64,000 nucleotides of DNA. Source: Asterias rubens (taxonomy: Eukaryota). The stretch covers positions 5,828,001-5,892,000 of the forward strand of contig NC_047068.1 of assembly GCF_902459465.1 (NCBI RefSeq). The letters run 5' to 3'. Position numbers and translations under genes: made by a program. A model generated the notes under the pieces. The model was not told the origin of the DNA and did no database searches. It saw only the letters and a list, made by a program, of their open reading frames with translations. Shown here in pieces: positions 45,660 through 57,000 of this stretch (the stretch's first letter is position 1; each line of letters begins with the position of its first letter).

Positions 45660-48600
45660 ATACGTTGTGTGGTATTCGGTGGGTAAAAGCCGGAACTATC
45701 ATTTTATGTTTTACTACGACGCTTAGGGAATCAACATAGATTGTACACCCATACGTTGTGCGTTATGCGGTGGGTAAAATCCGGAACGATGGCAGTTTTC
45801 TGTTTTACTACGGTGCTTAGGGTATCAACACCACATGGTAGTAGTTTCAGAGTAGATCGTAGGCATATACATACACACTGCGCCATTTGTGTTTAATATT
45901 TCAATATTGGCAACAACAACAAAAGCATCAAATGTAATTCACGCATTATACAATCTACAGAATTGAGACACAATGCTAAAGATACTCAGTTAATTGTTAC
46001 TAACATGTTTACTAACTGGGACAGCCAGTGTTGATGTTCATTTTTTTATCAAGTTTTTGCACAATATTATTCAGAACTCAATTTGTACAGGTTTAACATT
46101 CATCCGTTTAATAAGCCAGGGCCTAATCTAATATTATTATAGACCCTCGTCCATTGTTTGGAAGTCGAGGTCTCCATGCCCTGCGTCCATAGCTTTGATA
46201 GTACATGGTATGGGGGGGGGGGGGGGGTGCAAGAATATATGATTTGAGGGTTAATTTTTACCCCAACAAATGTTTGCAATAATTGTATTACATCAAGAAG
46301 AATGTGGCTAAAGAACTGAAGCTTGTAAATACTTATTGAACTATTTTGAGCGCTTTCAGTTCGGCTTCGCATCTTAATGTGGTTAGGGTGGGCTGTCGTA
46401 GCAACGTCCGGCAAGTCGTCTGTCACATTAAATGACTATTTTCAATTAATGTCAAGTTCAATTCATTCAATCATTTCAAATTTACAGAAATATTACATCA
46501 CAGGAGAACAACCACAATTAAGTTGAGGTTATAAAAACAATTTTTTTTCCACTGTCACCATTATGGTCATAATTGTTTGCAATATTATGAAGTTTTACAT
46601 TTTATTCGGCAGCTTTTTTTCTATGTGAGTTATAACAGCCTATTTATTATATAAAATATTACGTATAGTGGGGTCCAATCAACATGTATGTCTACAAGTT
46701 GTGTATAAATGCGAAGGTCGGTAAACCAGGTCGGAACTCTCATTAATTTCTGCAGTGTAGTGAAGTAACGTCATGTGTAAATAAATTCAGTAGATTTTTG
46801 GTGGCAATTGAAACAATCCCTGTTTTATGTTATCTACACAATTTTTTTTCGGGGATGTTTTCCAGTAAATCAAGCTCTGGTTAGAACTGAAGAAGTTTAT
46901 ACAATTTGAGTTAAAACCTAAATTCGCGCGTGCAGTCGTCGTCTACTAACTTCAAAATAGGTTCTCGTGAAAAAATAAATTGAGGGTAAAATTTGTAACG
47001 ATCAATTACAGATTTTCTTGTCAGTAAAACAACGATACTAACGGAATTGACTCACGAGTTATTCAGTGTTCAGCAGATTATACTCGATGTAATAAGTGCC
47101 TTAAACTACCGGGTAAAATTCCGAACGATCTCAGTTTCATTCTGCTGTTTTTCTGCACGACGCTTGTCACACACACACCATACGTTGTGTGGTATTCGGT
47201 GGGTAAAAGCCGGAACTATCATTTTATGTTTTACTACGACGCTTAGGAAATCCACGAAGATTGTACACCCATACGTTGTGCGTTATGCGGTGGGTAAAAT
47301 CCGGAACGATGGCAGTTTTCTGCTTTACTACGATGCTTAGGATATCAACACGTCATGGTTGTAGAGTAGATCGTATAGGCCTGTACATACACTGCGCCAT
47401 TCGCGTTGTTGTTGTAAATTATTATTTACATAGATTTTGACAATTTATTTTTAGTTTGAACACACCTATTCTGTAGATGTCAAAGCTGAATTTGTACAGG
47501 TTTAACATTCATCCGTTTAATAAGCCAGGGCCTAATCTAATATCATATTATAGACTAGACCCTCGTCCATTGTTTGGAAGTCGAGGTCTCCATGCCCCGC
47601 GTCCATAGCTTTGATAGTACATGGTATGGGGGGGGGGGTTCCAAGAAAATATGATTTGAGGGTTAATTATCACAACAAAAAATGTTACCAGTAATTGTAT
47701 TATATCAAGAAGATTATTTGAACTTTTCGAGGAATTTATATATTGTTCAAAATTATCGGCCCTGGTGGTATTCAAACTGCCACCGAGGGCGCTGTTGAAA
47801 AACGAATTCGCTCATTTTGAGGGTTTCCTTCCAGCCAGTTTTAACAAGTATTAATGTGGCTAAAGAACTGAAGCTTGTAATACTTATTAAACTATTAACA
47901 AGTCATGGTTGTAGAGTAAATCGTATAGGCCTGTACAAACACTGCGCCATTCGCGTTGTTGTTGTAAATTATTATTTACATAGATTTTGACAATTTATTT
48001 TTAGTTTGAACACACCTATTCTGTAGATGTCAAAGCTGAATTTGTACAGGTTTAACATTCATCCGTTTAATAACCCATACGTTGTGCGTTATGCGGTGGG
48101 TAAAATCCGGAACGATGGCAGTTTTCTGTTTTACTACGGTGCTTAGAGTGTCAACACCGCATGGTAGTAGTTTTTAGAGTAGATCGTAGGCCTATACATA
48201 CACCGCGCCATTTGTGGATAAAGGTCGGGACAACCAGTGTTGTTGTAAATTATTATTTACATAGATTTTGACAATTTATTTTTAGTTTGAACACACCTAT
48301 TCTGTAGATGTCAAAGCTGAATTTGTACAGGTTTAACATTCATCCGTTTAATAACCCATACGTTGTGCGTTATGCGGTGGGTAAAATCCGGAACGATGGC
48401 AGTTTTCTGTTTTACTACGGTGCTTAGAGTGTCAACACCGCATGGTAGTAGTTTTTAGAGTTCGTAGGCCTATACATACACCGCGCCATTTGTGGATAAA
48501 GGTCGGGACAACCAGTGTTGTTGTAAATTATTATTTACATAGATTTTGACAATTTATTTTTAGTTTTAACACACCTATTCTGTAGATGTCAAAGCTGAAT

Positions 48601-48900
48601 TTGTACAGGTTTAACATTCATCCGTTTAATAACCCATACGTTGTGCGTTATGCGGTGGGTAAAATCCGGAACGATGGCAGTTTTCTGTTTTACTACGGTG
48701 CTTAGAGTGTCAACACCGCATGGTAGTAGTTTTTAGAGTTCGTAGGCCTATACATACACCGCGCCATTTGTGGATAAAGGTCGGGACAACCAGTGTTGTT
48801 GTAAATTATTATTTACAAAGATTTTGTTTAGTTATTTTTTTAAAAGTTTTTATACAATTAATTCAGTAGATTTAAAAACTAAATTAATTTGTACAGGTTT
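45660..48900 (+). repeat. Array of ~1.5-kb composite modules, ending in a ~280-bp triple tandem (47957-48830)
   Basis: Blocks recur visibly: the cggtgggtaaaakccggaac subunits at 45681, 45772, 47111, 47201, 47292, 48098, 48379 and 48657, and aatttgtacaggtttaacattcatccgt near 46080, 47490, 48040, 48320, 48600 and 48890. Confidence 0.9.
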
Positions 48901-49250
48901 AACATTCATCCGTCTTATTTACAATTATATACACTTACCCTATTTCTGAGTCTTGGCGGAATTAAGCTTCATTTGGCGGCGCTGGCCAGCTTTGACTTCA
49001 TTCAAATTATTTAAGATCTCCCAAATACAATTACTAGCTACTATTTATATTTAATTATTAAGAGATATTACTTTATACATTAATGGTGTCCTCCAGCTGA
49101 AAGGTTGCTGTATAGGAGTAGTGTACTACCAATTCAGTTTCCAGTCAGCCTTTGGACAACCACAATAAATGAACCTTAATAAATACTACGACTACATGTG
49201 TATAGGTTAGAGAGATACAACCTTTCTGTACCAAAAGCTGGAGAAGAGTG

Positions 49251-49908
49251 AGTTATTAGGCGTTGTGTTGCTCTAATACCTGGATGAGATAGGTTATGTA
49301 TCGAATCAAAAATGTTACGTCTAAATTCAGGAGTGACGTATGGACGTGGATGTCCGGTAGATGTGTCACAAATTATGGTATTGTGTGAAGTGAGAATAGG
49401 CACCTCTTCAAATTGAAGACTAGACGATTCACGTAGCTTACATAGCTCTGGGTCTGTCTTTTGCTGAAGGGCGATTTGTTCAAAGTTCACATCACTACCG
49501 GGAAGGCTAGGATGGGTAAACTAAACTTATGTCATATCGGGATAGAGCATCTGCTACAAGGTTTTCTTTACCTTTAATGTAACGGATGTCAGTACTGAAC
49601 TGAGAAATATAGTCTAAATGACGTACTTCTCTTGGCGAGTATATATCGGGCCTTGCATTAAAAGCATATATTATAAGTGGCTTATGGTCAGTCAGAATAT
49701 AGAAGTTACGACCTTCCAAAGCATACTTAAAATGACGTATGGCTAAGTATACAGCCAGCAATTCACGACCAAAAGTACTGTATCTAGTCTCTGCTGGTTG
49801 TAAACGTTTAGAAAAAAATGAAATTGGTCTCATAACGTCGTTGTCACATTGCTGAAGTACACCGCCAACTGCAAGGTTGGATGCATCTACCATTAGACAG
49901 AGAGGTAG
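49251..49908 (-). mobile_element. Ty3/gypsy pol fragment: RNase H and start of integrase Zn-binding region, frameshifted
   Basis: LPLCLMVDASNLAVGGVLQQ, FFSKRLQPAETRYSTFGRELLAVY, TDHKPL, GKENLVADALSR. After a frameshift near 49500: RPYVTPEFRRNIFDSIHNLSHPGIRATQRLIT, then truncated. Confidence 0.92.
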
Positions 49909-49989
49909 GTGGGGGGGGGGGGGGGGTGTGTGTGTGTGTAAGATCACTGTTGCACTGATTAACAAGCGTCTTACGGGAAAAAAAGACTA

Positions 49990-52900
49990 CAAAATGAAAT
50001 CGTTCCAGGTTTTACCCAGTAATTTAAAGCACACATTACGATGAGTGCAATCTGCTGAATATTGAATCAATCGCGTGTCAATTCCGTTTAGCGTCGTTGC
50101 TTTACGGACAAGAAAATCTGTTTCATATTTTACCCTCAAATTATTTACTTTATGAGAACCTTCATAAAGTATATAGGCCTACGACGACTGTACGCACGTA
50201 CCAGTTTAGGTTTTTAATTTAAATTGTATAAATTTCTTCAGTTCTGACTAGAGCTTGGTTTACTGGAAAACAACCGAGGAAATTAATGGTGTCTAAAACA
50301 TAAAACATGGAATATTTCAATTGCCACCCAAAATTTACTAATATATTTATAATGCACAACACTGCAATGAGAGTTCCGACCTGCGTTTACCGACCGTCGC
50401 ATTTATACACACTTCATGTATGCATACATGTTGATTCGAACCCTACTATAACGTCCGTCATATTTTATTTAAAGCCTATTAAAACAAGTTTGCTTAATTC
50501 AACAATTAAAAAACATAATACTGCAAATACAAAAGACCATGACAAACTTGCATTTAATTATCTGATTACAGTGGAAAAATAATTGTTTTAGTAACCTCAA
50601 CTTATTATAAATGTTGTGTTTGTTCTCCTGTAATGTTACATTTTGTCAATTTTAAATAATTGAAATAAGTTAAACTTTAATTTGGCATAATAATTGACAG
50701 CCGATACTTGACGGACGTTGCTATGACAGCCCACCCGTGACCACATTAAGATGCGAAGCCGAACTCAAATCGCTCAAAATAGTTCAATAAGTATTTCCAA
50801 GCTTTATTATGTCCCGATTATGTCTTCAGTTCTTCAACCACATTACTACTTGTGGAAGGAAGCCCTCAAAACGAACGAAATCGTTTTTCAAAACAGCGCC
50901 CTCCGGTGGCAGCTTGAATACCGCCAAGGCCGATAAATTTGACCAAACTTTATATAATTTCCATGAAAAGTTCCAATAATCTTCTTGATATAATACGTTT
51001 ATTGCAAACATTATTTGTAAAAATTTACCTCATCATATTTTCTTGGACCCCCCACCCAACCCATGTACGTTCAATGCTATGAACGCGGGTTTCGACCTGC
51101 AACTTCCAACCAATGGACGAGGGTCTATAATAATATTCGATTATGCCCTGGCTTATTAAACGGATGAATGTTAAACCTGTACAAATAGAGTTATTAAATC
51201 TACTGGATTAATTGTTTTAAACAAACTTTAGAAAAAAAACCTCAACACCATCTTTGTAAATAGTAATTTTCAAACACTGGCCGTCCCGACCTTTATCCAC
51301 GAATGGCGCAGTGTATGTACAGGCCTACGATCTACTACTATGTGGTGTTGATACCCTAAGCACCGTAGTAAAACAGAAAACTGCCATCGTTCCGGATTTT
51401 ACCCACCGCATAACGCACAACGTATGGGTGTACAATCTTCGTGGATTCCCTAAGCGTCGTAGTAAAACACAAAATGATAGTTCCGGCTTTTACCCCCACC
51501 GAATACCACACAACGTGACAAGCGTCGTACAGAAAAACAGTGTTTCAATTCCTCTAACATGGTTTGTTTAACTGATAAGAATAAAACTGTGAGTGATAAT
51601 TTCGAATTTTAACAACAAACTGATTTACTTCATGGGAACCTTTTTGAAATAATTATATTCATTTTTGTTTTTACCCATGTACACCGATGTGTGTTATGCC
51701 AGAGTTCTGTGAAAGAAATCACATACACATTACTCGGGTGGGATTCTTTGAGTTTGTTTTTGAGTTACTACGACTGCACGCACGTACAGGCCAACCCATT
51801 TCACGGTTCGAACCTGAGCTTGATTTGCTGGAGAATATATCAACAATTAATGACATTCAGGCCAAGAAAATAATGCTGTCGAGAACATGAGTGAGTAACA
51901 TGAATTGTTTCAATCGAAACAACATATTTTACATGGTTTGACTGCAAAAATAACTTCCACGGTGCAAAGATTTGACTTTGAAACATAAGTTCCGACCTGC
52001 AACTTCCAACCATGCCGGGTCGTGAGTCGATTCAGAAATAATGCATGCCCAATCAGCTTGTGTGAGTTCCGACCTGCGTTCTTTATATAATCTATACACG
52101 ACATGTAAGTGACATTTTTTTTACATAATGTACGATCAATGCTATGTCAACACGACGCAGGTTTTTACCTGCATTTTCAAACAATGGACGATGTTTACTT
52201 TACTTCACTTAACTTTCTTTTCCAAAAAAAAAAATAATAATAATAATATTATGTGAAAATAACAGAAGAGATGGTTTAATCAAGTAATAGTTTTTACCAT
52301 AGCAGTAATCAACTTGGATGTGGAGGGGGTCTCAAGCTTGTTAAGTAGTTGCCCCATTGTTACAATTATTTTAACAAAGATTGGAAAATAAGAACAGAAT
52401 AAACAACTCACAAACAAAAACGAGGGGTCTTGTGTCATAAGAAAAACCCCATAACAAAAAAACAATATCATAATACTGATATAGATTAATGAAATAACCC
52501 CATGAGAACAATATCAGTTATTCAAGAAATCTTTTTGTAAACAGTTTTTTTAATAATTATTTTCGTCTAAAGTGTGATGGACTAGAGATGGGGTGTCAAC
52601 AGAGCTCCATAGCTTGGGCCTCGCATATTTCACACTTATTTTAGAAAGTGTAGTGCGAGTATAAGATTGATGAAATTCATGACACTGCCTTGTGAAGTGA
52701 TGATGAATTTTCTTTTTTTTTTTTTAAACATAGAACTGATTGAATTGGGCGAGGTTTTTTAAAAAGTTGATGCATGAGAGAGCAAAGCTGGAGAGAATAA
52801 ATTTCATTAACTTTTAAAAACAAGGCAATTATAAAAAGGGGATTATAAGTAACTGTTCACGAGCATTAAATTTTTTTTAAATAAATAAGTCGAACTCTTG

Positions 52901-53690
52901 TCAGGATTCTATTAAAGTATTACCCCAAGAAAGTGCATCGTAAAAATAAGGGTTGATGTACATAACCAAATTCATTGATACATACTGGGGAAAACAAATC
53001 AAATTAATTTTAAGCTTAGAAATAATACAAATGTTTATAGAAACGGCTGTGGATGCATTGATATGTTTATAGGCTAGGCTAGCCCACCTTGTTGAGCTGT
53101 TAAATGGCTCCGCTTTTAACATCGGTCTCATCACTGTCAGCTTTTAACATCGGTCTCATCACTGTCAGCTTTTAACATCGGTCTCATCACTGTCAGCTTT
53201 AAACATCGGTCTCATCACTGTCAGCTTTTAACATCGGTCTCATCACTGTCAGCTTTTAACATCGGTCTCATCACTGTCACCATTACAGTGATGAGACCGA
53301 TGTTAAAAGCGGAGCCATTAATAGCTCAACAAGGTGGGCTAAGGCTAGGCTGCCCTGAATGACGGTTTAACCTTGAAATCCTGAATTATTTTAAAACATT
53401 TGTTGTCATAAACCGAACAAAATCGTTTGAAAGATTATTTAAACAAACTGCCATCGTTCCGGCTTTTACCCACCAAATATAACGAACAACGTACGGTGTG
53501 TACAATTTGTAGATCCCTAAAGCACCGTAGTAAAACAGAAAACTGCTATCGTTCCGGATTTTACCCACCGAATACCGCACAATGTATGGGGTGTACAATC
53601 TCCATGTAGATTCCCTAAGCCTCGTAGTAAAACAGAAATGATAGTTCCGGCTTTTACCCACCGAATACCGCACAGTACAACGTATGGCCG
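49990..53690 (-). repeat. Reverse-complement copies of the same composite module
   Basis: 49990-51190 mirrors 46080-47130, 51300-51545 mirrors the subunit block, degenerate pieces run to ~52200, and three more subunits lie at 53440-53690. Confidence 0.85.
53080..53341. mobile_element. Short foldback MITE with 6 x 28-bp tandem expansion of the left arm
   Basis: TIR tagcccaccttgttgagct; 9-bp TSD aggctaggc (53071-53079 and 53342-53350); unit gcttttaacatcggtctcatcactgtca at 53112-53279. Confidence 0.9.
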
Positions 53691-53833
53691 TGTGTGTACG
53701 ATCCCCCCCCCCCCGATACAGAAAACCAGAATGCTTTATGTCTGTGCGTGTGGCGTGTCCGTGGGGAATCCCCCAGCGCACGCAATGAAATTGAACCGCC
53801 ATCATTTTAAATCAGAATTCCTACTAATAAAAG

Positions 53834-53843
53834 TGGTGACGAG
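53834..53843 (+). other. Primer-binding-site-like motif upstream of gag
   Basis: tggtgacgag differs by one base from TGGCGACGAG, the complement of the 3' end of tRNA-Ser(GCT) as I recall it. It lies ~180 bp before the gag ATG. Confidence 0.5.
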
Positions 53844-54020
53844 TACAGGATCTGTTTATAGACACAGTTGGTGTGATCTGTCAATTCAAAACTCAAGTGA
53901 TCCAGACTCAATTGATCCTGGTAAATCAAGATACCTTGACATTTTCCCCAGGCTTAACGTACACCTGGACAGTTCCTGCGTGAGCGATACTCTACAACTA
54001 TAAAGTAAGCAGGCTACACC

Positions 54021-57000
54021 ATGGCGTGTAGTGCTATGCCTAACCTGGATCCATTTGTGTTTGACCCGCAGAGTGATGAGCCCACCGCTCTCAGTTCCAA
54101 ATGGGATAAATGGCTGAAACGTTTTGAAAGAGCTATGGTCGGTTATAACATTAATGGAGCAAAAAGAAAGCGGGCATTGCTATTGCATTACGGAGGTGAG
54201 CAACTTGAGACTGTTTTTGATACACTTTCTGACACAGGAGATGAGAATGATTATGAGAAGGCAATAGAAGCTTTGACGGCTCACTTCGTTCCAAACCCCC
54301 TCCATGAAACTATCATCTTCTTCAGGAGTTTGAAACAGAACCCGGAGGAAAACGTTGATCAGTTTTGTACTCGTCTCCGAAATGCAGCAGAAAAGTGTGA
54401 GTTTGGTGATCTGAATCGCCAACTGATCATACAATTCAGTATAGGATGCTCTTCAATAGAACTTCGGCGTGAAGCACTTGACAATATTCTTGTCGAGAAG
54501 GCGTGCAATCTACCACAGCTGTTAGACTTCACACAGTCCCTTGAATTGTCAAACAAACAAGCCGATGCCGTTCAAAACCAAACCGACATTCAGCAAAACC
54601 CTGACAAACTTTCTCAGAGTCAGACTCAACACATCGGTGACAAACCTACCCGTCATGAGAGCAAAGACCAAGGAGTTCTCTATGATGAGAGCAGACATAA
54701 GCCATTGTACGACAGTACCAAGAATAGACCTACACAGCAAAACGGAAATAGTGCAACTCCGGTAAGCTAAACCATTAACTTGTATGCCCCGCCGGTGTCC
54801 GATGCAATTGTATCCGCCATGCAGAACTGTCCGCTCCGGACACTTTTGCACATGCAATCGTGTCCGGGGCTATGCAAAAATCGTCCGGCGGACATGTACA
54901 TGACGGTACATGTATGTGCGTGCATAAGCGAGCGTGCATGCACTAAACATACGTATATCACGTAATGATTGCACCGAATACCCAACGGCCGAACATTTCC
55001 CGTGTCATTCATGACATTATACACTTAGCTTGAAAAACAAACAAATGGCCAACGTGTTCCGTCGATCAAGGGCCTTTAATTTGCTGCAAGGACGGTCTTG
55101 CAGGGGGAGGACACAACTGCATATGCAAATGTGTCCGGGCGGACACAATTGCATTATGCAGCGGCGTCCGGGCGGACACGGTTGCATACGCAATAATGTC
55201 TTCCGGATAGTATTGCAAATAGGACATCATTGGAGTTCGGGGATTACAGTGTTGTCCAGAAACGCCGGGCCGGTGATTTCGCCAGCTACTTGGTCCTTTT
55301 GATTTCGCCCCCCAGTTTTTGCCGCCTCCAATTTAATTTTCCCCAGTTAAAATTACTGTCAACGACTGGAATTTTTCAAAAATGAAAACGCCGTATTAGA
55401 CACAGACATAGCACGAACCATTCTGGCATCCTGTCATCGCACCTGGCGTCACTGCAACACCTTCTCCATTGTACATTGTTTTTATTTTAAACATTATAGC
55501 CAAGGACTGCAAATAGAGTATTTGCTGCTCCGACGGGGCAACCCCCACCCAACTGTAGCAATTGTATACATGGTTGACAAAAGAATTAGTAACAGTTTAC
55601 AAGGGTAAATGGTAAAAATAACATTTGAAATTGGTCAAGGTTTAGTGTTGTACACAATCAGTCAGGTGGTATAGGAATATGCTACAAAATAAAATTTACT
55701 CAGTTTATTTTAACGTAAAATACGGTAATTATCCTTAATAATAATTATAATAATAATACTAATAATAATAATCATAATTTATTCATTTGTATTGTGCCCA
55801 ATCCCATCAAATAATACCCAATCAACCCACAAACGGCTCATCAGAGAGAAAGATTTCCAACTCTGAACAAGAAAAAGATGAAAGTTCAAAGAAAACCAAG
55901 GCTAGTGATAAAACAAGCAGAGCGGGCTCCCTGGGTGCAGTAAGTGATTTTACATAAGTGTATGCGAGTTTCCAAAGTAAAGCTTTATTATAAAGCCCTA
56001 TAGCTAGAGCGCTACGTTCATCCGGTAGTCGCAGGTTCGAGTCCCTCTCTCCTATCAATTTGTTCAATCAAAATTAATTTTCAAATTTACCCAGTCTTCA
56101 TTTCTTATCTGATAACAGGTTTCAGTGTCAACCTCCAAACAATTGTTGCATAAAAACGGCCAATCAAAGAAAGCAAAGTTCAATCCTGAACTGGAAAAAG
56201 AGATATTGCAGAGTTACGAGGAATTTAAAGACAGAAGCTACATGGCTACGGTACGTAATTTTTTTTTTAGTTGCTTATAACGAAAGTTATATGTGAACTG
56301 CATAACAATTATTGCACATCAGTCATACAGCAACAATTTTCCAATGAAATCTGATAAATTTCTTGCCTAACGCTAACAAACACGGGAGTTTTTTACAGAA
56401 ACGAAACCGTTAATGCTACTCTCACATAGGGAGAACGCTACTGAATGTGCTTACGAACGGAAATATTTAACAATCGCTCAAACTTCGCAACATTCGCCAC
56501 AAATTCACCACGCTCACAAGTCATTCTCCACCTCCTTACGAAGATCGGTCACTTTATGCTGCTCTCACACGGCGAATATGCTAGCGAATATGCTATCGGA
56601 AGGACATATTTGACAATCGCTCAAACTTCGCAGCATTCGCCGTGTCTTCGTAAGCGTTGGTAACAAATTCGGAACGCACAAAAATTATTCCCCACCTCCT
56701 AACGAAGATCGCTCAATTTACAATCCGGTTTGTTAATTTCAGCAAATGTTGCGAAGATGGTCATTCGGCTTGATTTTCGTTAGCATTGGTAACGTTGGTA
56801 AAGCGTGCATAAGCGTTTGAAACGTTCGTGAAGGCATTGACAAGCGTTGGTAAGCATTTGTAAACATTCGTAAGATATTGGTAAGGAGTGGGCCAACCGA
56901 AGACGATCGAGGGGTGAGACCGATATGAAAATATTCACTATCCAACCGCCATTTTGGACGAATTCTACGCGCAGTTCAAATATTCATGTTCGCAAGAACA

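Noticed and set aside
49909-49965. Poly-Pro N-terminus of the 152-aa ORF
   Set aside because: Translation of the poly-G/(GT)n tract at the breakpoint, not part of pol.
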